64,000 nt of DNA from Sphagnum compactum (GCA_965153455.1 OZ234493.1:9476213-9540212), one strand, 5' to 3'; shown: positions 40,803 through 53,746, counted from the stretch's first letter. Translations and numbers: made by a program. The notes: a model not told the origin generated them from the letters alone.

Positions 40803-42804
40803 TCATGCTGCCAACTGCACCCAAGCAAACTCCTCTGCATAGCCATTGCTGACTCCAGAAGTACATGATGCTGTGCAAGAAAAGACAGTAATAGTGGCCC
40901 AATCAAGAGAGCTGGGTTCATTTTTCACTCGCAAGAAATACAGAAGCTGAGGCAACACTTGCAGCTCAAAGTTCCGGGGTCCCCCACAGTGTGAACAAGG
41001 CTGAATGTCAGTGCTCTTTTTTGGCTGGCCTTCTAATAATGGCCACAGTGGCTTTGCATCCTGTGAACGACAATACCTTAGCACTTGCTCTGGTGCACGT
41101 GAAATCCTTGCTTGGAATGATACCCAGTGTTGCTGCTCCTGTGAGGCCTCCTGCACCTCCTGCAAATCAGAGGCTGAAAACTCCTCCCCTGCCTTTCTCC
41201 GCCTTTCATATTCATCAAGCAACTGTTTGGCCCTACTTTGTCCAGCCTCCATCTGAGGACCAGGGTTACTTCTATCATTGTCCTCAGCCTCATAATTGTC
41301 TTCTTCATCAACCACAAGCTCAAATTCTGGCCACAGTTTGTCACTAGCAGCACAAGCGATTCCTGGTAAATTTTTCTTTTGTGGTTCATGGAGATCCTCA
41401 GGCATCAACTCACCAGCCTCCACCTTGACTGACTCTACATCTTTTGTGGACCCTGGCTCTGGATGGCCTGCACTCTTGGCAGCTTGGACTTGCCGACAAA
41501 ATCCACTGTGGCCAGCCCGCCAGTGCTCAATCTGGTGGTTCCGGGAGCAGTAGCGTGTCTGCTTACAGGCTGCACATGCTTTGTGACCTTTCCAAGCTCC
41601 ACACCATGTGCATAGAGCCACACCATCACATGATGGTGAGTCCTGACCATCAGGGTTTGGTGGACTGTACGAGTAAAAAGAATTGTTTCGGGGAAGCTGA
41701 CTCCGGAAAACCCTAATACTGCGGCATGGCTTCTCTGCTGGTTGCTTGCATTGATGGTGCTGATCTTGCTGGAGACAAGCCATGTTTGGACAAATAAACA
41801 CATACAAAGTTCTGTGGAATGCCTCCGGCTGATCTTCAAGTGGTGCATAAACCTGTAGCAAAAACTGTAAGGGATTGTCGCAAATCCCACATAGTACTTG
41901 CTTCCCATAAGGCAGATTGATTGGATCTAACCAAGCAGGAGTACCTCCTACTTTGCTGGGAAAATGGTGCCTTGAAACTTTCCATGCTTGCTCCACTGGT
42001 TGCACAAACCCTAATCCTACAAGTGTGTCATCTTCTTCCTCTTCCTCCTCCTCCTCCTCAACCACTATATCTTGTCCTCCAACTTCTTCAGGTGATTTCA
42101 CCCTCAAATCTGCCACATCTTGCACCAACCCTCCTGCACCCTCATCCTCCTGTTCCAATCCCTCCCCATTAGAAATCAACAATGCCCTCTGGTACAGCTC
42201 ATATTGCATATCCTGAGGAGCCAGGAAGAAAATACATAGGCAAAGTCTCACTTCAACAGGAACCATTCCCTCTCTTCACAGGTGCCCATGTATTGAGCAT
42301 AAAACCGCTTGGCATCATAACGCACATGTACCGAGCAAGAAGCTGGCCCAGCATCATAATGATCCCACAAACTAGAAAAACTCGGCAAACAAATATCTCA
42401 CCGGTACTCTACAACCATGCCCGAACATCAAACACTCCCAAAATCTAGGTTCCTTTCCAAATGCACTGATCCAGAACAGTAAACCAATTTCTGTATCATA
42501 AAAAGCTGGAACCCGAGCAGACCATCATCATAGACAGGTGCCAAAAAGAAAGGCAATGCCGCAAGAATAAGATCTGACAATAGAAATCTGAGAAAGGAGT
42601 GATGGTTCGACAACGTACGAGCACGGATGATCCCTTGACAATTCCAGCAGATGATGATGATGCTGCTGCAACGTTGCTGCTGCTGCTGCTGCTGCTGTCA
42701 TTGTTCCTCGACATTTTCCAAAAGTCTGAAAAAAGTTGCCGTCCACCAGCAGCAGCAGCAGGAGTAGGACTGTGCGGAAACAATCTGGATAAGAAATGTG
42801 CCAT
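40803..42804 (-). CDS. PDCD2: Programmed cell death protein 2 homolog (zf-MYND and PDCD2_C; uS5 chaperone family), probable exons 42804-42619 and 42212-40803
   Basis: FPSKVGGTPAWL, CGIC..LQFLLQVYAP, FHRTLYVFIC, MYND CTWC..CAACKQTRYCSRNHQIEHWR..H..FC, PEQVLRY, CSHCGGPRNFELQVLPQLL, LDWATITVFSC..SC, EEFAWVQ. First exon and start are less certain. Confidence 0.93.
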
Positions 42805-42886
42805 GCGGAGAGAATGTCAGTCATCGACAAGGAGTAGGAGACTATAATAAGCTACTGATGATGAAGAGGAAGAAGAAACGTGGTAA

Positions 42887-42921
42887 TAATGAAAGCTGCT
42901 GTTCCGCCATCGCTAGGGTTT
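42887..42921 (-). promoter_or_regulatory. Telo-box (AAACCCTA) with conserved downstream extension, upstream of the PDCD2 start
   Basis: Minus strand AAACCCTAGCGATGGCGGAACAGCAGCTTTCATTA. Confidence 0.55.
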
Positions 42922-43279
42922 CACCTTAAACCCTTCTTGAGCCAGCCGCCTTTTCTCTTTCTTCCTTCCTTCCTTCTTTCTCTCTTTCTTTCTTCCTTCC
43001 TTCTTCCTCCTCCTGCTTGTGGTTTGGATTACTATTTCCTGTCACTGCAACAGCGATTGCAGAGCCCGTTTTTTTCGCGCGTGGCAGAACGGATACTTGC
43101 ATCAAAAGGAAAGCAATTTTTGAAATCTTCGTCTTCGTGAGGAGCCCCAAGCATCTCCCAACTTAGAACGATTCCTGCGAGAGACGACCAGCGTGGTAGG
43201 TACTAGGTACTAGGTACCGCCCCTCCTACCCTCTTGAGGTTAGTCCTATTTGTTCAGGAATTTTTGATACCTACCAAAC

Positions 43280-44420
43280 TGGCTACTTATCATCTATAGG
43301 AAGCAACTTTTTTTTTTTTCAATTTCTTTTTTTTTATGTAGTCCCAGCGGCAACCATCCATAGCTGGATTTAGCCAGATTTGGCTACAGACCAGATAATA
43401 GGAAGCTAAATTTTTTTTGGAATCCTTCTATTTTTTTAAGCTACCTGTAGGACCAAAGAGTCTAAATGTGGTGAACTCAGTTTTTTTTTTTTTTTTCCCT
43501 CCCTTACTTTTCTGGCGAAACTTTTGAAATTTTTCCCAAAAAAAACCTTTTGAGATGGTCGCAGCTCTTTTTCTTCTTTTTTTAAATTTTGCAAGAGTGC
43601 AAAATTGTGTACAAAACAATTTGACTGGTGGTGATCATCCACAAGAGGATTTAGCCAAATTTGGCTAAAGGTAAGAGAGGCAAGTAGAAAAAGAATTTAG
43701 AATGCTACTATGCACAGACAACAACCTAAGACCTAAATATGGCAAATTCAAAAAAACATTTTAGGTAGTTTTGGCCTTCCATGATCCCAAGCCCCTGTTT
43801 TTTGGCCCCAAAAGACCGCTGATAGGAAAATGTAGTGATCATCTCGTGGAAGATTTAGCCAAATCTGGCTATCAATCATATATGAAGTATGATTTTTTAA
43901 TCATCCTTCTATATTTTGGCTACACACTGAAAACCAAGTATAGAAAATTGTTGACTTTTACTTTTTTTTTCTCACTTCTGGCGATTGTAAAACCTCCAAA
44001 ATCACTTTTAGTTTTCACTTTTTAATTTCTAATTTCGCTTTTTGGTGAAATGTCACCAATTATTATTAAAAAAAAGGCTGCTTGAGGCCTTGCACAGGTG
44101 CACGTTGCAGAAATTAAAATTTCATCCCTTTTCTAGTGGCGAAATTTTGCTCAAAAGCCGAAAATAAAATAAAAAAATACAAATTTTAAATGAAGTAATT
44201 TTGGAGGGTTTCAATTCGCCAGAGGTGGGGAGGGGGTAAAAATCACCAGAATTCTATATTTGGTTTGAAGTGTGTAGCCATAAATATAGAAGGTTGATTA
44301 AATATTTCCACTTCATTTCTGGTTTATAGCCAGATTTGGCTAAATATTCCAAGGGATGATTGCCATTTTTGTAACATCTTCCTATGGGATGATCGCCACA
44401 TTAGGCACTAGATGATCACT
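43280..44420. repeat. Cluster of fragments of an abundant dispersed repeat family (related copies at about 17540-17790, 19315-19490, 36365-36590)
   Basis: Recurring cores TTAGCCA(G/A)ATTTGGCTA, GGATGAT(C/T)GCCA and TGGCG(A/G)AA in both orientations. Confidence 0.75.
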
Positions 44421-44574
44421 ACATTTTTTTAAATCATTAAAAAAACACTTGCAGAATCGACCCTAACAGGGACTGTTCCAATGGCGTTAAAACCAGGTAG
44501 GTTGCAAAATAAAGCGTCAAAAAGGAGGTAGGTAGGTCACTAATTAGTGTTGATTGTGTCTCACAATTCCACCG

Positions 44575-44775
44575 CTTGGGGTGCGGAATCAGCTGCCTCG
44601 GCTTTCGACCTCATAGAGCAGGCCTGATATAGGTCAGTAAGTGCTGAATTCCGCCTCGTATTTCAACTGCTGAGTGGCTGAATCAGCTGCCTCTGCTTTT
44701 TACATTTTTAACCTGATAGAGCACGCCTGAGGGAGGTCATTAAACTGTTGGTTCTGCCTCTCAATTCCAACGCTC
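44575..44775. repeat. Diverged direct duplication of about 90 bp
   Basis: AATCAGCTGCCTC..GCTTT..ACCT.ATAGAGCA.GCCTGA..AGGTCA occurs at about 44587 and about 44681. Confidence 0.7.
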
Positions 44776-44899
44776 CAGGTCCGGTTCCTCAAGAAAAGTA
44801 AATTCTGGTTCTGGTTCCAGTTCTAAAGATCAAATAGTCTAAACACTTTCATCAAAGAAACCCTAAATCCATTACCATCTGATGGAATGGTGTCTCACT

Positions 44900-45150
44900 G
44901 TACCAGGCTTGGCATGTTCACCCTACCAGGCTCGACATATTCTTAGGTGGAACCAGCCCTGCTGGGCCCATACTACCAGGCCCATGCCATAGTTCTGAGG
45001 TGGAACAAGCCCTGCTGGGCCCACAGGCCCATTCCACTTACCAGGCTTGACATGTTCTTAGGGGACCAAGAGCTGCTCGGCCCAGTAGCCCATATTACCA
45101 GGCCCATTTCATCATTCTTTAGGTGGATCAAGCCCTGCTGGGCCACTTCC
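44900..45150. repeat. Degenerate GC-richer tandem array
   Basis: Repeated TACCAGGC and AGCCCTGCTGGGCC modules, about 4 units. Confidence 0.7.
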
Positions 45151-46059
45151 ATAGTACTACAGTGGTCCCCCCTCTTGACCATGTCTTCTGTAGAAGACAT
45201 GTCAAATTGAATTGGGTATATTCCTAACAGAATTGGTTCCTTTGGTGAGTTTAGTTGTCATGTGTGAATTGTATAGCTCCTCGTGTTGGATTTGAGGCTT
45301 CAGTTCATGGAATCATGTTGGGTGTCTCATATATAGTGGTGAAGTATGAGAATGCATAAATTCAATGTGCATAAATAGTGCAATTTTTCAAGCCCACAGC
45401 CTACCCACACTTGAGCTTGTATAATCTGGTTACTCTGAAGTACAACTGCTGCAACACACAACATGCCGTGATAACCAACTGGCCATGGATACAGTAACAT
45501 GACAAACAAAGGAAATCTGCACAAAGGAAAAACTAATGACCTTTCAATAAGAGTCCCAAGTGGGATTGAGAAGTTGAGGATTTTCTGGGCATCATCACAT
45601 AAATCTCAGTGAGATGTCAGAAACCACACTCTATCCTCAGTCCATATCTTCACCAGTGGACCTTAATGGCTTGGAAAAACAATTTCCAAGATTAAAATGG
45701 TTCTGTCACAAAAACCCTATCACAAATATAATTACAGCTGGTGAGCAACCACCCACATTTCACGTTGAAATCTTCCTGCTTCTGGATGCTGCTTAGACAC
45801 ATCTTCAATCCTGGTACATAGACACACCAGTCACCTTGCTAAAGAAACGAGGATGACCAAGAGCAATACCAAGCGCAGGTTGAACATGCACAATATTCCC
45901 GGCTCAAAGAAACAGGGACCTACTGGGGTATATTGTGCATGTGAAAAAATGGCAGCTCTTGGTTATTAAAACTTTAAGTATACATAGCTTCCCAGAAGGT
46001 TGCCAAAGGATGGAATTTTGGCCTTAACAGTACAAAAGTTCACAATCCCATATATGAGA

Positions 46060-48150
46060 CTTCAGTTTACTGAGAGCTGCATGTGTGAGGCAGGGGCAGT
46101 GCTTCACATTGAGGGCCCACAGAAATGGACAATACTGCTCAATGAGTGACAGGCAGTGACTGTGAGGAACTTGCAGCCTGACAGAGTCAAGGTTTGTAGC
46201 CATGGCCCACAGGATGCCACCAGTGACCCCACACCATAGTCAGTTATAGCTGTCTGAGAAGCATCAAGCTCTTCCAGTGAGATGAATGCAGCTGCCACAA
46301 ACTGTAGGCTATGGTCACCAACATTGCAGCACCCATCCAGCCCCAGGCTCTTGAGGTGCTTCCCACAATATTTTGCCACTGCTCTAATGGAAACATTCAA
46401 GATCTTGATACACCCACTGAGATTGAGGCTCACTAACTTCCTCCCACTGCCTTGAAGAATCACCATCACAGTTTCATCAGTCACATCAACCCGCCCACTG
46501 AGATCCAAATGCTGCAGTGAGGGACAGCAACAACCCACCACTGCAATGCAGCCATTTCCCATTCCTTTGAATGGTGATCTGGAGTGATTTCAATGCATGG
46601 GGGGTCAGCTGGAATTCAGCTGGGAGGTGATCTCGAATGCCATTGCATTGAGAAAGTCCCAGCATCTGCAAATTACCCTTACAATGAGTCAATGCTGCTA
46701 GTAGACCTGTATGGCAGCTCTAGACTTTCTAAGCAGACACAACATTGGACAAAAGCCTTGAGCCCCTCATCTGTCACCATTGGACATCAGGAGAGGACAC
46801 ACAGCTTCAAGTCTCTGCATACTTTTCCAATCTCCTGCAATGACTGGTTTGTTATGCCTGTACAGGCAAAAATGGAAAGAGACCTCAGCTGCTGCAAGCC
46901 TACACCTGTGCAGAGGCCAATGATGCCTGCCTCCGTGCAGCGTTTCAGATTCACAATCTTCAACTTAAGTAATGCCTCACAATACTTGCCTAAGTGGGCA
47001 AGCCCATCATCGGACACATTGATCCTCTCTAGCTTAAGCATCTTGATCTTCTTGCAACCTGCCCCAACTGCAGAAATTCCTTGGCTACTACCAATATACA
47101 GTTACTGATAGTAAGTGATAACAGTGCAGAACACCACTTTCCAACCGACATTAAACCTTCATCTCCTATTCTTTTGCATGAATCCAAGCTGATGGTGGAT
47201 ACCAAAGGATGCATGATACCCTTTTGCAATTGACTTAACACCTGCATTGCCCACCTTTGGACATTTCAAAATTTCCAAACTTTCAAGCAGATGGCACCCA
47301 TTTCCAATGGCAACCAATCCTTCATCTCCAACATTCAGACAACCCCACAAAGACAGACATCGAAGTGCAGCTCAGCAATTTCCAACTGCCAACAGGCCGT
47401 CATTGCTCACACCTTTGCTACCATTCATTGTTGCTCCCCCTTCAATCGACAGCTTTCCAAGGCCACCACCACAAGCAAGAGTCCCCAATGCTGTAAAAGC
47501 TAAGTGTACATCTGTAGCCTTTCTACCTTCCAAAGACCAAGAAAGGTCCCTCATAGCCCCTTGTGGCTGCCTCTCAACCCCTGGCTTGTCAGGTGGTGGA
47601 TTGTCCTTTCCACTCAAAACTGGCGCTGGCCCCTCTACTTCAGACAGGAAATCTTGTGATCCACCACCCTGCACTGCTTTTGATCTAGAGTGTGCCTTCT
47701 CAGACTCTAACAATAGTCCCCCAGAGCTCACACATTCACTTTTGTGGTGAAGATGATCCTGACACTTGACTGCAACAGTCTCAAAATCATGGTGATGCAT
47801 GCGGCTCTGCAGCAAAAGCCAACGGATACAAACAAGAGCACAAGCACAACGATCCTGGGCTCTTGGCATCCAAATATTTCCTGCAGACATTCATCTGGCA
47901 AGGAATTAATGAGGTTGGGCATGGGCTTAGTAGAAGCAGCAGCTGTGGGATTTGGCCCTTGAGATCTGCCGCTGCTGCGGGCATGGGCATGCTTCTTCCG
48001 AGGCTGGGCAATGGACTCTACAAATGCAGCAACAGCTGGACGGAATGGAAGTGAGCATTCCAAATATTTTTGGGGGCCATGGAAATCAAAACCATCATCT
48101 TCATCTAATAATGGCGCTCCTAGAAGGACCCAGTAATCCACCACCTTGGT
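46060..48150 (-). pseudogene. EBF: EIN3-binding F-box (EBF1/2-like) F-box/LRR pseudogene
   Basis: F-box INSLPDECLQEIF..RCACALVCIRWLLL; EBF signature LSWSLEGRKATDVHLA..GGGLGKLSI; cysteine-containing LRRs spread over all three minus frames; in-frame TGA at 47372-47374 and several frameshifts; no obvious ATG. Confidence 0.85.
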
Positions 48151-50554
48151 GCAAAATCCTTAAAAGCTGCCGAATTGGTTTTTCAGCTCGCTTCTCTTTC
48201 TCGCAAACAGAAGTTGTAGTGAAGTAGTACGCCAAACAAAAACAAAACCCAAAAAAACCAATAACGATTGCAAGAAACAGCGATGATGCGAAAAAATTGC
48301 GCCAGCGACAGCAACAGCGGCAAGGGAGTTGGGCATTGGGGTCGGGGATTTTGCTGTTGCTGCGACGGTTTGTTTGTTTGTTGGCCTTGCCTACCAAGGC
48401 AAAAAAGGATTATTGTGTTTAGATTCATTATAGAGTATAGTAGCTTAAGGGATTTTGGCCCCCCTAGGTAATAATAATAGGTCTATTTTTATTATATGAG
48501 GATTTTTGAAAGATGATATTTTGGCTTGTGTTGAAACTCGATATTAATTATAGAGTTATAATATCTTGAAGGACTTTGGTTCCTTTTATAGGTTTTTTGG
48601 AAGATTATATTTTTGTATGGTGACATATTTGAGTTTCCATAATTCTTCTTTCGCCTTGAGATACTTTTTAATGTAAATGGCAAGGCCACAATGTGCGACA
48701 CACCCCTTGTTTGATTGTTTGTGTTTGTGGCCTGTTTGTGTTTGTGGCCAGGTCCCGTGTGGGGGACATGCATTCACCAACTTATATTTTAGGGTTAATT
48801 CACTATTAGTTAAACTTAAATTCATTTTCAGTTGAATTTTAATTCATTCATAGTTCACACATGGGTGCACATGGGTAAACATGGGCCATGTGTAGATTGG
48901 AAGTTCCTTTAAACTAGGTGCCAAATGGGTATAATAAAGGTATAATTCCTAATTATTTTAAATTTGTTCAACACTAGTTTTGGGTACATTTTCATATTAT
49001 AACCTTGTTCTGTTTTTATTTCTTCCTTGCAATAAAATATTGTTGGATTTTTGTTTCGCACATGTCGTGTTCTTATTCTTGTTTCACAATCTGAATTTGG
49101 GATTTGGCTTGTTTTCGTTATCATCTTGATTTAGTAAATATTGTAAATTTGGTTGGTTTTGTGCCCATGACACAAGCTAGTAGATAGGAGTTAGTCACAA
49201 GGCTTCATTACCAATGAAATTCATTGGCGGGCAAACAAGAAAATTTAACAAATCAACTATGTTGACTAGATTTTTTGGCCTTCCACATGGACTTGAGTTA
49301 TTGGAAAGTAACATTCATGACAAATATGCACCTCCAAATGGTGAATTGGTGATGTTAAGGCTAAAGGGGATGCTAATCATTTTCATTTCTCCATCGGGTC
49401 CTAGGTCACCATTTGTACATTGATTGATTCCAAGCATTGGCCAATCACTACATTCATTAAACTTGGCACATTTTGTCGTCACCAAACCCATAGTCATCCA
49501 TAAATGTTGTTAATGGGCTTCCACATTTGAACCCATTAGATACCAAAGTTATTCAGTGGGATATACCCAAGGATGGGATATGCTTACTTGAGTTGTTTAG
49601 AGGCATTAGTTCTAGATTAGTTGCAGTTCTACAATCTGGCACCCTAGTTTGAAAATACCATTATGTGGAAGAGGATCCACAAGCCACACAATCTTCCATG
49701 TGGCATGTCATGATGTTGCAACAAAGGTATCCCAATTTGTTACTAATGTTGGCTATACAAGGTTATCACCAAGCAACATCACCTTGTTGGAGGTGCCACA
49801 TTTGATTAGGATTAGGCCAATTGATTTGGTCATTTCTGGAAGCCATGCCAAGGTCTTTCATAGGTAGGTACAGGCCAAGGACTTTTAGATCCTAGGTTGG
49901 GTTTATTCTAGAAATTGATTCATGTTGTGCAATATTTGGAATAAACACAAATACACCCATGTGTATATTTGTTAGAAAATGTCCCACCATAGGGGGATTT
50001 TCGACCAATTGTTTTGGCCAGTTGGCAACAAATTAGGGCTTGGATCAACGAGCTAGTGCAAGTGGATGTTGTTTTAGTTGGTTCATGAACCCATCAATTA
50101 TGATGAATTTGGACTAACATAACACCACTAAAGTTGATCCAGTAAGCATACTAGCTCATTCTTAGGTCACCCATGACATGTTTGGAGGATGACATATTTG
50201 GATCTAGGATGTCATTCATGCGCGGTTTGTCATGATGACCAACCACCTTTGGTTGTGGTCAAGAGGGTTGGCCTTCCAAGTGCAACCTTACCAACATTAT
50301 TGAATTTTTCACGTTTTCATGCATTTAAGGATGGGGGCCCATGGATGATTTAGGACTCCCATTCACCCAATAAAAAATAACCCAATGCAGATGAGAGGGT
50401 ACATGCCATGGGGTTCCACATTTGCACTACATCTATGTAAGGCATTTTTGAAAAAGCTCGTAGGCAGATTTTGGGGTGAGTTATGGATCTCAAGAACCTC
50501 AAATGGAGTTTCAATTTGGTTTTAGCAGAACAAAGATGTTTTGACCAAGAAAAT

Positions 50555-52260
50555 TGGCCAAGTGGGCACTTATTTTATAAGTATATGACTTTGATATAAT
50601 CCACATGGTTAGTAGGGTTAATCAAGATGCTAATGGGTTGAGTCAGAACCCAAGTTCCAATGAGGAGGATACCACTAGGGTTTATTGGCATGGCGATGTG
50701 GATTTGGAAGCAATATTAGGATGTCATGCTTTTGCATACTTTTGTACGCTATTGGGGTGTTTTGGGGATGTACTTTATATTAATATGAAATTTGAATGAT
50801 GGGGATTCCCATGATGCAAACATGGAATTAGAAGGCAATGGTGCCCTAAGCATTATTGATGCATCTGTCATTGCATATTTGCAAGCAAGTGACGTTCCAA
50901 TTGGATGAACACCCAAGGAACAAAACCGTGTTATGCATAGGGCCAAGTGGTTCAAATGGTCCATGGTTCAAATGGGAAGGTAATTTCTTCCTATAGGTGT
51001 GGGTAGATGGACGAATGTGGGTTGTGCCTCACCTATAACAACGTGAGAACCTTGTGAGGTATGCTCATGAAAAGTTGGGCCATTTTGGGGTTCAATGAAC
51101 ATATAGTTTGCTCCAAACATAATATTGGTGGAAAGGGATGCAATTACAAGTGTAAAAATTTATTTTTAGGTGTATGGTGTGTGACTAAGTTCATGCATCT
51201 TTTAATGCAGCTATAGCTCATCTATAACCCTTATCGATTATGGGGCTTGGGTACTATTGGAGTTTGGATTTTGCCAATCACTAAATTTGACACCTTGACA
51301 TAATCAATATGTTTTGGTTATAATCGAACATTTCTCCAAGTGGTTGGAGTTGGTGCCATTGCTAGATCATAACAATGAAGAGGCATCATGTATATTTTTG
51401 GACAAGGTACTTAGTATGTTTGGGTCTCTAGCCGAAGTTTTCACTAACTAAAGTGTTGAATTCTGAGAGGAATTCCAAAAGTTATGTGAAAAAACATTGA
51501 TTCATTGTCGCACAACTTCACAAGACCATCTTGAAGTAGATGAATTAATTGAGCAGATGGTGCAGGTGGTGAAAAAAAGTTTGCAAAAGTATGGGCTCCA
51601 TAAAGGTCATAGTCAAGATTGAGACCTACAACTACCGTGGTTAACTAGGGGGTATAGGTTTAATCGACAAGCTTTTCTTTCATCTTTTTTGCCATATTTT
51701 TTATTATTTTGTTATGAACCTAAATTACTAATCTCAATTTGATGTCGAAATGCAATGGCAGTAATCAACATGGATGATCCTAATATGTGGATTTAGGCAT
51801 GTGAGCAGCAAGTTCCCTTGTTCCAACATGTTGGCATAATGCCACTATTTGTGAAGGTGGTTATTGACCTCGGGTTCAAAGGTTTGAGCCAAGAAATTAT
51901 GTTTACATGCAACAAAGAACATCAACAACTTTGGATGTGACTGCAGGACATGTTATTTTATGTGTGTGGAAGGTTCTACTTTCAGGGGTGTTGTTGTTGG
52001 AGGGTCGAGATGGTCAAACATGGAAAGACCATATGCATAATTGTGTACCATGTCATCTTCTCAATGTGGATGACCAAATTGACCCATCCTTAGCCATGAT
52101 TCCTATTGGCCTATGATGTATATTGTGTGGGCAATATTTTGGAACCACCATTATGTTGATTTGTGATCAATGTTCCTGAGGTTGGCACATGGGATGTCTC
52201 ATGCCACTAGTGGAGGAAATGTTTGTTGGCAAATTATAGTTTTGCCTTTGGTGCATTTAG
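50555..52260 (+). mobile_element. Degenerate Ty3/gypsy pol 3' part (RNase H tail, integrase, C-terminal PHD finger); related remnants probably extend over about 48.8-53.9 kb
   Basis: YDFDIIH..RVNQDANGLS (RNase H end); HEKLGHFG..YWWKGM..CMVC (H2C2); WSLDFA..YVLVIIEHFSKWLELVPL (rve); CILC..CDQC..WHMGC..FCLWC (PHD). RH-before-INT order is gypsy. Confidence 0.85.
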
Positions 52261-52926
52261 TAGACCTAGGTTCTTAAAGCAAATAGTAGGACTAGCATAA
52301 GGTTTTCTTCCATGAAGATTCACATTTGGCTAGGGATTTGAAGGATTACAAATAAGCGAATAATGATGGGGCTTACATTTGTATTCGGCTTATTGGTCCT
52401 TTTGCTTTGGAACCAAAATGTTCATCCCTGGTGGAATTTCATAAAGTAGTTTTGTGTAGTTATTTAGCTTAGAGGGACTTTAATCCTAGATAGCAAGGGC
52501 AATTTGAATGTGTTGTACCATTTAGGGTATTTTTATGTTCTGTGTTATATGTGTGATGACATTGATAGTTGTGGGTGCTGATATAGGAGGGCATGACAAC
52601 TATCAAATGTGTTAGTTTAGTTATTGAATTAAGTCCCACATAGTTAGGGATAAACTAGGTTAGTTAAGTCAATTAATTTTTATTTTCAACCAGTTTAGGT
52701 GTGAACAAGGTTCAAAATATTTTGTTATGGGATATAATCCCAAGTTGTGTAATCTCAAATCACTTTTGATGATTTGATATTCCAGAACATAGTTTCTGCC
52801 TATGTTTGTGCCATTGTTATGGTTTTTCATTTATGCTTTGGGCTTGGATTCCTGCTTTGGTGCAAGTGAATTGCATTTTGGTTTGGATGTGGTGTACTAT
52901 TTAAAGTATTTCTATGTTATGTGTTG

Positions 52927-53746
52927 TGACGTGCTCCTAAGTCCCTTGCTAGACCCACTTGAGGGTTTAAGTATGTTAAGTTGCGGAAAGTTGGGACTTG
53001 AGGGCCGCTCCCGACTTCCAGCACTAAAAGGGGGTAGAGGGGCGTGCTAGAAGTCCCGGGATTAGACTAGGAAGAGGGACAAGTATTATCTCACTCGAAT
53101 CTGCATCCAAAACTAACCACAAGAGGGTTAGTTCACATTCGGGAACACCCTTGGGTGTTGGGACAAGCCACAGGCACTTGGACACACTTGATTCACCACG
53201 GCCCGGACTCAGGAGAAGCCACCACCTTCCCCCATATAGTATACTCTGCAGCTCTCCGCCGAGGCTACATCCGAATGACTCTTTTTCCCGGGACTCCCAA
53301 GGAGGAGTACCGAAACTGTCCCGGGTTGGAGTCTCAGAACTTTGGGAGCTCATATCTCCCGACTACGACATCCGATTGGAGCGAGGTCTGAACCAAAGTT
53401 GTAGCTCTCCTCAAGAGCTTTCCAACGCCATGTTGCACTCCTTCTGGAGACGTCGGGAAGAGATCGATTCCCGACTTTTAGTGGTCGGGAGTCAAACTGC
53501 CAGTTTGACTCCCGGCCCTTCTTTTGCCCATAACTTGGGCTGCAGATGTCCAAATGGCCAATGCGAGGCCATTTTAGACATCTACACTTCAAGACCGTTC
53601 CATTGATATAAAGAACACCTCAAGGCGAGGTGTTTTGACCCCCTGTAATCGCCTCTGAGTTTTCGGGAGTCCCGGAGGACTCCAAGTCTCCCTCTTTGGG
53701 AGTGTGAGTTGCCTCCTCACACTTTGCCCAAAGTGGGGTTGCGACA
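52927..53746. mobile_element. Solo LTR, 820 bp, with 5-bp target site duplication
   Basis: Starts TGACG, ends CGACA (TG..CA with short imperfect inverted termini); TGTTG on both flanks (52922-52926, 53747-53751); markedly more GC- and CpG-rich than its flanks. Confidence 0.9.

Noticed and set aside
40991..42216. Plus-strand ORFs over PDCD2 (and similar ones over EBF and at 58677-59282)
   Set aside because: Antisense shadows of real coding sequence.
53024..53606. Overlapping ORFs of 78-151 aa
   Set aside because: All lie within the GC-rich solo LTR and show no protein motifs.
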